64,000 bases of DNA from positions 18,330-82,329 of the forward strand of contig ADNK01001015.1 of assembly GCA_000320545.1 (NCBI GenBank). The letters run 5' to 3'. Source of the DNA: Bigelowiella natans CCMP2755 (taxonomy: Eukaryota; Protista; Cercozoa). Shown one piece after another: positions 40,040-53,018 of the stretch. Both the position numbers and the translations under genes were made by a program. How positions within the stretch are numbered: position 1 is the stretch's first letter; every line of letters begins with the position of its first letter. The notes under the pieces are model-generated. The model was not told the origin of the DNA. It saw only the letters and a program-made list of their open reading frames with translations, and did not search any database.

Positions 40040-40800
40040 AACAAAATCGGCATTGTCATGTCGGACATGTCAATCAGCAGTCGCTAAACAGCCCTCAGAA
40101 CATCTCCTTCCCTGACATTGTCATTTCGACAAAAGCGATTTAACTGTTCTGCGATTAACTTCGGTTGCACCGCAATAGCGTCGTAACATCGCATTGTTAG
40201 CTTTGCAAGTGCATCATCATACAGCATCGTATTATGACATGGAATAAACAATGATCAACGCGAGCATCACACCTTCAGAGATTCGCCGCAGCATGTCTAG
40301 ATGTGTGGCGCCAGTGATCTGCATGTCTAGATATGGCTGTCGCGTACGTTACTTGTGCTACGATGTCTAGATGTGGCGATTGCTCATTGACTAGATGAGC
40401 TTAACATCACAACACTGCACAGCACACAGCATGTACTCTTCTAGTCGTCTTGTCGCTAGTCGTAGTTAGCGCATAGCTAGGCGGAGTACAACAAAAGAGG
40501 CATGATCGCTTGCTATTCATTCATCATTGGAGAATGTAAGACTACGGGAAGACAGGCTAGCAGGTGGCTATAGAGTGGACTAAAAAGGGGAAGATCTATT
40601 GAAGAGAATGTAATTGAGTTTGCGCTGCGATCGATTTTGCAAGTGCTTTGCTTCGTATGCTAACGTTATGTGCTTGACATAGAGTGACGGTGCATGAGTC
40701 GGGGAAGCCAAGAAAACTGCGTTAAGCTAGTACGTACGCTGCGAAGCTAGCGATGATTTCAACAAATATGGATGTCGTGCTTCGCATGATCTATGCGATC
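40040..40800. repeat. Degenerate repeat island between convergent PUM and PX genes
   Basis: Non-coding and CTAG/CATG-rich; ATGTCTAGAT occurs at 40293, 40323 and 40363. Confidence 0.6.
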
Positions 40801-41045
40801 GCTCTAATTCTAAATTTATCAATTGAAGCAATTTAGATATGTGAACGGCGTACTCTCAAATGAATATTAAGTATTAATAGTTCATGTTGCATAGTCGTTC
40901 TTTACACTATTCAAGTACGTTTACTAAGTGTGTATATCATTCTACATTAACATGTGCTCAAGATTCTCGAAGTATTTCAACTCGCAATGCCCATTAGCAT
41001 TAGCAATCTGAGCCCTGTCATCAAATTTCAGTTCAACTTTTTAAA

Positions 41046-42881
41046 TTAATCTACGCTGTCTTGTCCGCTGTTTTTCCTCAACAGATTCTTATTTTGTGGG
41101 GTTTCGTCATATGCAACAGCTTTCCTTTCTGCCGATAGCTGTCCAGCAGGCGTTACAATGTCGCCCGATGAGTCCCATGAAATCTTCCGGATAATATCCG
41201 TCCTTCCCTCTTGTTCGGGAGAGTAAACATCCCAGGCATTCATTTTATTTTGATTCTTGTCTAAGAAATCTCGTGATGAAGATGAATTCCCACTAATGTT
41301 CCTATTTGGAGGTAGGAAATCTCTAAAACCAGGAACGACGTGTGAGGGGTTGTTCTCCGCCGTCTCATTCATTAAGTTGGTAATAGTGTTATCTGGGTCA
41401 TCTTGGTGTTCAGGAACTGAATAATTTTCATACACAGTTTCAGATGCTTCACGAATCCTCCTTTATCACCAATAGGAAACAAATTAGAAATGAAAGTTTA
41501 CCGGTGCAGAGAGTTGAAGTCCGAGAACTTGCTTTCAAAAAATTAGACGAGCCTTGAAGGCAAGGCGGTGTCTGGCAAACCCCACCAAAGTAGTGAATTA
41601 GCCAAAATCACATTCATACGCGTACAGTTTGATCGGGCATACTACCTTTGGCTTTACATACTTGAACTCTTTCGACGAACGTCCTCGACGCAGCGGAAGA
41701 CATACCGTTTGTGCAGAATTGTCATTCTTCCCTTCCTTGCTCGGATGATTTCCAATCGGATTTGGAATTTGGGCAGGATCAAAATTCTGGAATGGTGAAA
41801 AACACTATCTCATGGCAAGGCTCACCTTTAGCCTTTTCTATTTTTTTTTTAGTGGGTTTGATGTGAAAAGTTACTCTTCCTCGTCGTCCGCTGGAACTTC
41901 GGTATTTCTGGTCAAAGCTCCTCCTTAATGAGTTATTAATATAAACCAATGAAAACACAAAATCGCTAGATGATACCTTACCTGTGTCTACGAAGTTTTC
42001 CCGGCTCTAGACCAAAAAAGTTATGCAACGAACCCGAATCTAGAATCTAAAATCGACAAACGCACTGTGATTCTACTTTCAAGTTCATCTTCGTTATATA
42101 CGGGAAATTAGTATGTCGATCGACATGTTTCGTGTAATTTATCTGTACGGTCAATAATTGTAGATTGTTTTGTTAAATGCGTTCGTTCTAAGAGTGACAT
42201 TAGGGTCTTGGGTCCACTCTGCGAGGCAAGAATTTAAGCTGTTTATCCTATCCTATTAACACAAGGATTATCCCAGAACTCAGATTCAAAGATCTCTAAA
42301 CAAGCACATATCTACCTGGATGAAAGTTTTCCTGTTCAATACAATGGTCTGTTTTGGCGGAAATCTAACTTTCCAAGAAAGATTCGGAAAGCTATTCGAG
42401 ATCTGTTTGTTAGGGAATATGTTTAAAATATGTATCTCCTCTTCATACTTATAATGGTAATATCATTCGATATAGATAAAAGTGAGTGCATCACTGTCAA
42501 AAAGAATAACAACCTGCTTATTGAGGTCATAAAATTGGCTGTAGCGCCTTCGAACCTCAAGAGAGTTTCCAGCGAAATATACATTTATGCAGTATACAGT
42601 GAACGAAGATGTACACCCTTTTGGCTCCTCCATACTGCCCCATATAAACGCTCGGAGAACGTGTCGCCTCATTACCGTCATGGACGACGACACGTGACTG
42701 CGGCGATCACCATGATGTATTGTTCTGCTGGTCCAAAGAGATCATTCATTCATTCACCCATTCCTGACACGACCAAAGTGAAGTAATAATATTCAATTGA
42801 GAACTTAGAAGAGCAATCTCGAAGAGGATTTATACCTTTTCTACCTTGTTTATTCCGATATCTTACTTTTTCCTCCTCCAT
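41046..42881 (-). CDS. PX (phox homology) domain protein
   Basis: MEEEKVRYRNKQGRK, then FTVYCINVYFAGNSLEVRRRYSQFYDLNKQ (RRYS-F motif), VRFPPKQ and LHNFFGL. A low-complexity C-terminal exon ends at 41046. Confidence 0.8.
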
Positions 42882-43231
42882 TTCGCAGTTTTCAATGTGG
42901 AGCCAAAGTCACTTTTGTAGCTTAACAGTTACTGTGGAGATGGTTGTTGTAAGGTGTTGCAATGATCATTTTCATCTGGTAGGAAGGAACAGCATTAAAT
43001 CATCATCCAATCAGTCATTCATTGATCGCTAGATCATCGTGTAAATAACCTAAAAATAATGCCCCATTATTACTTATCTACGGATCAAATATATCTGTCT
43101 GGCATCGATTATGATCAGTTGTAGCATAATCTGTAATAATTATTAGGATGTTTTATTGATAAATACTTTGCGTATATCCTGGTGAGAACAGCGGCCTGTA
43201 CACCCAATCGCCAGACCGATCGACCGGGTGC

Positions 43232-44984
43232 ATGCGAAAGCGGAGCAAGAAAGGAGGAGGGGGGGGGGGAAATCGCAAGGAAGCGAAAGCCGCTGCGCAG
43301 TCATCCCACGCCGAGAGGCTTAAAGAGAGGCCGGATAAAGTTGTTTCCAGGGGTGATAAAAGCATCAAGCCTGCAACAGCAGCCATTGATCCGGAGGTCG
43401 GTCATCATTACACTGTGGAAACAGCACTCAAGTTCTGATCATGAACCTTCTGTTGTCGTTTATTTTACGCTGCCAGGGGGCTGTCGAGAGCATTTCCTTA
43501 TGGCTCTTCCTTCTAGCGCTCTATGCTTACACAGTCTACCCATCGATATCCGGTGGCGACACCGGAGAGCTTGTCGTCACTGTAATGGCACAGCGTACCA
43601 CATTTACAACACGTTTTCTCCGTACTTCGCACCTTCTTTTGCCTATCAACTTTTCCACTCGAAATAAATTCGATTGAAGATGTTTGAGTGACTGGTGTCG
43701 TCGATTTGAATCTCATCATGTGGACACCACCACCACTTGGGTCAGACATCATCCATTCATTCATCTATTCATCCATTCATCCATTCACTACTATGGAGTC
43801 TGTACACTTCTACTATGGTTAACTCAAAATCATCACTCACTAGGCGTGTAACTGGGGAGTGGCCCATCCTCCAGGCTATCCTACATATACGATAGTAAAC
43901 GCTTTGTTTTCAAGGTGGTGTATTAATGTGCGGCATGAGGTGATGGCGGTCGACTCTTCACTGTCATTGTTATTGCCCTGTATTCAGGCTTTTTGGATTA
44001 TTTTCACCATCTACAACCATTGCATACCGTGCTGGATTACTGAGGTAAACTACTACATCCGTGAAGGCGATTTTGTGTCTGGCAAATATGTGATTTGGTG
44101 CATTATTGTCATAATATCAGCTGCATTTGGGGATCGCTCGCTTGTATGTTTCTTTACAAGTCCACTGTTCGTATGACCGGAGACAAGCTATCTGGCCTAT
44201 TTGCGGCCATAGGTAACAAATACGGAAATGTAAATCTACAAATATCACCAGAATGCTAATGATGATTGCGCTGATTTGAATAATATCCTGTTCCTGCTCT
44301 GTTTAATCAAGTCAATATTTGTAATGGAGAAGAAAATACACAGTGGTTCCGATCAACTGCTGACATTAAAGATAATATGGGGATAGGTTTTGGATTGTCA
44401 CCCACCGTATGGCTTTACTCTATTCAAGGAGAGGTCAAAAGCGCCGTTTCCGCCTCCTTCCTCAAATTTGAATTGGCGCTGCCTTCGATGCTAGAATTGT
44501 TGTTGGTGATGATAACGTCCGTTTGGCTTGCTTCTTTTGGCCTGCCCTTCTATATCGCGTTGTTGTCAATATTTTGGTGGAGAGATGATGACATGAGACA
44601 ATGATGTTGTCAGGTGTTTGCTTTGAACAACCTCTTTGTGTCCTTAATCATCTACCTCTCGGTGCTATTCTTTGAAGCTTCATCGAATCATCGTTATGGC
44701 AGTAGCAGAAAGGGGACTAACCAGAAGGTTTTGTTTCCAGACCTGCTAGAATTAGTTGGACTTCATTCACTTACAAGCACCATCAATGATGATGATGATG
44801 ATGATGACGATGATGGAGAAGCTGATCAGGACAAACAACAAAACGACGGAGCAACAACGGAAGGGGGAAATACGCAACGAACTAGATGTGACAGCATGAA
44901 TAAACAACCCACCGTGCAGACCATTGCGTGTTGGGGGGCATTTGTTTGTGGATTAGCACTTACAAACCAGGTATGCACGAGCAT

Positions 44985-45028
<44 letters not shown>

Positions 45029-46625
45029 TTTCTTACTTCTTCTTTTTATTTTCTACTTCTTCATCTTTAAATTATCGCGACATTGGCACCTCTCCTCCTC
45101 CTCCTCCTCCTCCTCTTCTTCTTCTTCTTCTTCATTAGCACACGACGGTATTCCCAGTCGGGTGCACGGCCTTGGCAGTAGTTGCAACTTTGTACTGGCT
45201 AGGGTTATTGGCTCATTCATACCTTATCATCTTCATGGGATTGTTCGGCCTACTCGGTCCTACTTTAATTCATCCTCCTCCTTCTCCTCCTCCTCCTCCT
45301 CCTCCTTTTCCTTCTCCTTCTCCTTCGTTATCATCATGCCCTCCTCCTTCACTATGAGTCAAGCATATGACAGTTTCTTACCGCTTTGATAGGATTAAGT
45401 CCCTATATCTACCTCCCTCTCTCTGCCAGCACTATGGCTTTAGATACGTGGGGAGATCAGGTTGCATACAGCTGCTAGCACTAATCTACAACTTCTTCGA
45501 TAAACAGCTACACAGCATTCAATACAACAAAGTCTTGTTTCAGTGCTTCATCATCATCATCATCATCATCGTCGTCGTCGTCACTACCGCACCGAAGAAC
45601 TACTGCCCTAATGTGCTGCTACTCATTAACTGACAGAGGGACTTAGATGGTTTCTTAACGCACTTCTTACGAAAGGAGTAAGAGCTATCATATGCCCAAC
45701 ATAAAACAATAACAACGACAACAAGAGGAGCAGTAGGAAGAAGGAGGAGAGGAGCAGAAAGAAGAAAACAAGGAAGAAGAACGAGTTCTAATGCAGCAGC
45801 AGCAACAACAACAACAACATCTACAAGACTTTACACATATACTATATTCGTTTGAAGTAGTACCATCAATCACTATAATGATGATATCATCAGATACGGA
45901 ACATTTCAACTTGCAGCGTCTGAGATTGGGGTACCATCACTTCATGTTATTTTAGTTGTTATTGTTATTGTTGTTGTCATTATTCTGTTCGCTGGTTTTG
46001 TTTTCTTGCGTGTTTCTTGGGTAGTTCTTAGTTTGGAACAAAGAAGAGAATGAGAGAGAGAGGGGGGGGGGTGAGCGAGAAGATGGATACGTCTCTTTAT
46101 TTCTCATCACTATTCATTCTTCTTCCTCTTCATAATCAATCTAAGGGAGGACCTGATATGGGAGAAAGGCTATTAAAATATCTCCAAGTACGACTTTGAC
46201 AGCTGTTTACGCTTCTACTGCTACTACTACTACTGCTGCTGCTGCTGCTACTACTACTACTATTACCGCAACATAATACAAACAACTGCGAATTGAAAAC
46301 ACACGTCACAATAGTCTAAATACGCGTACGAATCGTCAAAATACACTCAAAGCGCAAACAAGGAGCGTGTACACAAATAAGCTTCTGGACAATAAAGGAC
46401 AAGAGTCTGCTACATTTGCCACAATCATCGCTGATCGACGGCACACATCCTACTACGACTACTACTACTACTACTACTACTACCACTACTACTACTAACC
46501 TCCTCCTCCCCCTCCTCCTCCTCCTTCTCCATAAACGACGAATGGTAGGTAACAGGTGAAGAGTGCTTTCACATCCCAATAGTACTTGCCGTGCTTGGGG
46601 TTATAGGGAGCTTCCTCGTTCAGAA

Positions 46626-46663
<38 letters not shown>

Positions 46664-47089
46664 TATGAATTGTTGCATTAATGATCATCATCGTCATGAT
46701 CATCATCATCATCGCCACCATCATTACGAAGACCCTTATGTCGACGGTTGTAAGTAGTAATGAATGGCCCTCCTCCTCCACCTCTTAATCCCACTTGCCT
46801 TTATTTTGTTTATTTCTTCTTCTTCTTCCTCTTCTCGTGCTTTGTTGAGTCTATCTCGTACATATGAATCCATGATTCATCACACACCATCATAACTGCG
46901 TAGGACGGCACGTATGGCGTCACTATGCTGCTTTATGCCTCTTGGCAGGGTAGTAGTAACTAGCAGCAGCAGTAGTATAATTAGTGGTAGTAGTGTGAAC
47001 ATTAGTAGCTATTGTATTTAGTATGAGGAGTTCTATGTAGTAGTAGTAGTGATAGTAGTGATAGTAGCATCCATTGGAGAGAATATAAC

Positions 47090-47126
<37 letters not shown>

Positions 47127-47253
47127 GTGACCACGTTGAGGCTGGCTGCCACTCCAAGGACACTGCTATTTTAAAAGGAGATGATGATGATGATAAGGAT
47201 GAGGATGATGATGAAGCTGCATATTGTGCTTCTTTTCTCCACCTATTGCTTTC

Positions 47254-47296
<43 letters not shown>

Positions 47297-47353
47297 CATA
47301 TAAAAATATTTATATATGTATAACAAACCATATGCATCCTGTCTTTCTTCATC

Positions 47354-47400
<47 letters not shown>

Positions 47401-47541
47401 GTATTATAAGGTACTTGAGCTACGTGTTGGTGTTTCACTACCTATCAAACCTCAACTTCGAGCCTCTCTTCCTTGGTAGTAAACAAGCAGCTGCTGCTGC
47501 AATCGACTGTATTCCTACCAACTACTCTAATGGCATCATAT

Positions 47542-47573
<32 letters not shown>

Positions 47574-47683
47574 ATAGTAGTAGCATTAGTGGTAGTGGTT
47601 GAATTAACGATCCTACATAATCGACGCACAATGATGATATTATAGGAGTCCAGAAACGGTTTTGGATGCAGGCCAACATGTAC

Positions 47684-47724
<41 letters not shown>

Positions 47725-47954
47725 TAAAGTAGTAGTAGTTGGAATCTATAGTAATATGCCATGGTTACCATCGTCATTAGTATGATCGATTGACGATGAT
47801 TGAGCGCCCATCAATGATGGATGAATACTCTTCTATGATGTTGTCAGATACATGTGGCTCTTTGCAGGAGCTGGATTCTCCGCATCTATGTCCTACGTAT
47901 TGGCTGCTAACGAACAATAACATCTCATGCTCAAGCTGTCATTTCCTTCTTCAT

Positions 47955-47992
<38 letters not shown>

Positions 47993-48220
47993 CAGATCCC
48001 CAAACTACATTGTAGTTCTGTTTCTTTGGGATGTTCTCCTCATCTCAATTGCAATTCTACTACGGTTAGGTGACCAATTTGTCTTTTGGAAAGTCACCTG
48101 CTGCGGGGAGATGGAGGTAGTGCGTATAACCTCATGCCCTTTTTTTGAATCAATACGCTTATGTTGCCCTACGTGCATGTGCTATGACAAAGCAATGTTT
48201 TAGACCATTTTTTAATAAAT

Positions 48221-48268
<48 letters not shown>

Positions 48269-48452
48269 GATCATCACTGTCATCAACATCATTCTTCTAC
48301 TGTTTGTGTGTCACATTCACATCTTCTTTGAATGCCAATCTACCAGGTGGATTTTCTCCTTATTGTTTGTCTCGATCTTGGGACAAAGCATGTTCATGGT
48401 TCATTTTCCAAAGGTAGGTGGGTAGGAAGGGAGGGAGGGGGTAGGAGTAAGA

Positions 48453-48496
<44 letters not shown>

Positions 48497-48971
48497 TTGT
48501 TGTTGTTATTGTTAGTAGTTGGATGACAAGATGACTACGAATGACAACTGAGAAGGAGGTGGTGGTGAAACGAAAGGTGGAAGTTTGAAGCAGTAACATC
48601 ATCCCTTTTGGTTGTGATGATGATGATGATGATGATTAATATTATTATTATTGATAATCACCATCACAAACATCCTCATGATCATCATCATCATCATCAT
48701 CATCATCTTAGGTGAATCATCGCCACAATCGTGTTGTTGAGTCATACGGCAAGAAGATGCTAGAGTCCATGCCCAAGAATGCGGTCAGTATATTGATTGT
48801 ATGGTGTACATGTTCATCTCATGCCCTCCTCCTCCTCCTCCTCTTATTCCTATCCTGCTCTCTTCACTATTGAATAATATTAATACAAATACCTGACCAC
48901 CACCACCACTCAGATTATGCTGGTCAATGGCGACCTTAACAACAATGCCGTCAAATATCTACAGCAGGTGC

Positions 48972-49010
<39 letters not shown>

Positions 49011-51984
49011 TCGATCGGTACAAACAATAGAAGTAGTTGCATCTAACCCCTCACCCCCCCCCCCCTCACCCTTCATGCACTTAATGCATAGGAATTAATA
49101 AATAAATAATATATGTTATTTGTGTGCGTGCGTGGTTCCAGTAGTATAAATACATGCAAAACAAACACTCCAAGAGTGAGTAGTACACAGCAGACACCTG
49201 TCGTACTCAATGACTGGATACTCATTTCTTCTTTTTAATCCTCCTCCTCCTTAGTGTGAAAATATGCGCACCGATGTTGCGATCCTGGGTTTGCAGCAAA
49301 TGAGCTGGGTGATGAGCCATGCATCTTCTTCTACTAATCGTGTTCTTCATCATCTTCATCATCATCATCACCATAATTCTTGATTAGATTTAGTATCTTT
49401 TCACGTCAATCTTCCTTCCTTCACATCATAGAGCAAATGCTGTGCTGCCAATGTTGTCCTCTTGGAGCTTGGCTGATCTTTGCATCAAAACACGCCCCCT
49501 CCCCCCCCCCCCCCCCGCCCTTTTGATCAGTCTTGGTGGGTACCAATGCATCGGCATCACTACCCGAACATCACGTTTCCAGGAAATCGGTCATCTTTAA
49601 GTTATATGTCTTAAGAAGAGAAGCATTCTTATTTGTTGTTGGTGGTGGTGTTGGTACACCGCATAGCAAGTTGGCGTGTCTGCATAGAATGAAGGGCAAT
49701 GCTTCACAACATTCGTTGCATGATAGTGTGTTTGCTTGTGAAACAGATATCACGTGTCCTTTCCGGGAAGCTTCAACATGTTCCAGTTCTTGAAAGCGAA
49801 TATGAGGAAAAAACCCATATTTTTGTACGACAATAATGATCTATTGGCCAATGACCTGAGTGCTATTTGTTGTAGATGCTGCTTTTTCAACTGCACACTA
49901 CTACCACTACCACTACTAGCAGTATTACAACGAGTAGTACCTTCCATATGACTATATTTTCATGTTGGTGTTGTTGTATTTGTTGTATGGATGAATGAAT
50001 GATTGGTTGGTTGTAACACCATCATCAAAGGTGTGGCCCTTGGAAGGCAGGAGATGATAGTACCGAAATTCACTACCAGTTGCACCCATATGGGTGCTGC
50101 TAATTCCATCCATTTATAATCTCTTCTCAACTCAAAGAATTTTTGCTAGAAAATGTATACATGTATGTGCATTAATGAGTACAATGCTGTTGTCGTCGTC
50201 ATCGTCGTTCTGTTATCCTCGAGCAGCCTCTGCCACAAAATCAGTCGCAAGGGAAAACAACCCAAGAAACTTTTCGGGTGAAGAGATGAATTGCACGTAG
50301 AAGGAATGATATTTCTGTACCCGTAAGATAAATTTCAGAAATCTGACATGTGTTATTGCGATGGTGGGGGTACAAAGAAGAATAACAGTAGCAGATGGTG
50401 GTAGATATCAAAGATGATGTCTGCATAACTCAATTTTCCATCATAATCATTATTGTCATTTCCTCATCTTCTCGTCTCCCTGTTTCTTCTCTTCTTCTCC
50501 TCTCTCCCTCCTCCTCCTCATCATTATCCTCCTCTCTCCCTGTCTGGCTGTTCGTCGTCCTGATGTGCAATTGTAACAACAACAACAACAACAACAACAG
50601 GTACCTCTTAAAAGGATGGAAAGCCCTTCCGAAGATGTCAGATTTTGGTCCATGGAAACCAAGGTAGTAATAGTTCTAGCTAGCAGCAGGAATGGTCAAT
50701 ACTTCTTCCACAACATATTATGTTTATCATCATCATCATCATCATTATCGTCGTCGTGGTCTTCTTCTTCTTATTATTATTATTGTTCTCTATTAGGCTA
50801 TATGGCGATGACACTTGGGAGCACGTTGCGTTCCATGATACCTGGCATCGTATGGTGTGATGATGATGATGATGATGATGATCATGGGTTCGAAATGTAA
50901 TTTACCAACTTTTGACGACAGTTGGAATTTACTGTATATTCTTGTTTTGAGTGCTGGCTTGAGTCGTCTGCGTAATTCATCGTCTTCATGTTCGGTTTTT
51001 CTATTTATCATTCCAGAACTACCCATTTCATGTGAGATGGTGATTCCATCGTGATCGTATCTACATTGCCATGTTCAAAATCAGCATGATGAACTTCATC
51101 ACACCATCACTACTGTCTGTCTTTACCAGGTTTATCACTCTGGTGTGGTATCCTTCCACGCCTCACAAGGCCCACCTGCTAAGGTATTTTCCCTTTCAAT
51201 GGCAGTAGATGAAAGATGTCATCTCGCGCCATTTTATCATTCATCTGTGCTGCTCCTATTGCGTAATAAGGATGAGAAAATGCTCTCCCTGGCGAAGAAC
51301 ATCTATGACCACATCTTCTCGAGGTCTTTCTTCGCACCCACGAAATGATATTCCACCTCATATCTGAAGCACATGAGCAGCTGCGCACTTACAGGAGATC
51401 ATCTATCTCTTTCGCTAAATCAATCTTCTGTTCATAATCGCATTCAGGGACTTGCGAAAGCTATTATCTGCAAAGAAAGTTTATCGGACGACGGATTATC
51501 GTGGGGCTGGAATCATTTATGCAAAGGTAGTAGTAGTAGTATTCATGAGAGAGAGGCCATGTTTTCCATATCTAGTCATGTTGGTCTCCTTCTCCTCCTC
51601 CTCCTTCTTAGTTCTATTTATTGTTGTTTTAAGTGGGCTGCCACAAAGAAAAAGGGATACGCACGTGCCAAAGCTGAAAAGGCTATGCTTACACTCTGGA
51701 AAATGTATGTGAATTGCTCCCTTCTGTCACTAAAGTTGTATGCAGATCAATCCATCTCACGAAATGTGTTTATTCTAAAGATACTTAAAGCTAGCGCCTG
51801 AGGACCAAGAACTCAAGCCATTTGTAGACGCTTCTCGGAACCCGTTTACTGGGTCATTTCAAAATCATAACTTGATGAGATAATGCTTGAAAACAAGATC
51901 TCTAGTGGATTGATCAGCATATTTCCTCAACATTTTTGTTTTTCTTACAGGGAAGTTGTGGAATCCTTCGGTGATGACGATTAA
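43232..51984 (+). CDS. TMEM260: TMEM260/DUF2723 protein O-mannosyltransferase homolog
   Basis: YPSISGGDTGELVVT, GVAHPPGYPTY, SPTVWLYSIQGEVFALNNL, GLALTNQH, HFLRKEYGTFQL, FHYLSNL, RFWMQ and NGDLNNNAVKYLQQ. Stop at 51984. Confidence 0.93.
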
Positions 51985-52039
51985 GCTGCGGTTTTTTTGC
52001 CTGCCAGTAACTCCAGCCTACAATATTACATTCAAATAT

Positions 52040-52730
52040 CACGTGCACGCAACGTATCTAGGTGTTGTTGTGAATGATATGAGTTCGTGGGGGGGATGAT
52101 TTTACGTAACAACGCAAAGGCCGACAAATTTACTTGCTAGCTTGCATGTTCATTCATGAGCTGCTGCTATAGTCATCTGAGGTGTTAGAGTTTCATTCAC
52201 GCAACTTGTGGTGTGCATCTAGTGTATGTGTGCTGGGTGGTTTCATGCACCAGAAAAATATGGATTTTGCTTTTCGCTACGCACTCACCTGTCGTCGAAG
52301 TCAGAACACTGCCATTATTTGAATGTACAAGCTAGCTTGGTAGTCCGATGTGACATTCATTGACACCTAGACACGCTAGCACGATTAGGTTGACAGCTAT
52401 GAGCTAGCCGCCGGCTGCTGTGCGTGCATCGAGCTAATGACACCAGCAATTAACAGTGCAGGTTGCAGAGTAGGCGGTGCCGTCGTGTGCAGCATTTTGA
52501 CACTTCTTGCAGCGCACACTCGCGCACTATATGCCGTGCATTGCTTGCGCTCCGCGCCATCGTTTATTAGCACGCGTGAGAACATATAAACCTGCACAAC
52601 GACACGCCCACCCAGACATCATGCTGCATGTGTGCACGTTAACATCGATCATCAGGCATGCCATGCACATTAGCATTACCTCGATGCGCTTAATGTGCGT
52701 TTGTTTCATGCTTTAGGTCGTATAGATGCA
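52040..52730. repeat. Degenerate repeat island between convergent TMEM260 and ankyrin genes
   Basis: CATG/TGCA/CTAG-rich. Its ORFs are spurious and rich in C, H and M. Confidence 0.65.
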
Positions 52731-53018
52731 GTCACTGAATCACGACGCTACAGGCGGTAGAAGATTTATAGATTTCACTATTTTATGTGTATATTATTTA
52801 CAAAATGGCATCAACTATCTACGATTGCAATACAATCCTGTACAACCTCAAGATATCCAAATTGACAAAATGATTAGGTAGTCTTATATTTGACGACCAG
52901 ATGTGATCTCGTGAGAAATGTCATCGTTCTACTATCGAAGATAATTTAAGCGAACGCAGGATATAATCCTGGTTCTTAGAATTTAAGATATAATACTAGT
53001 GCTAGATATGATGTAGAC

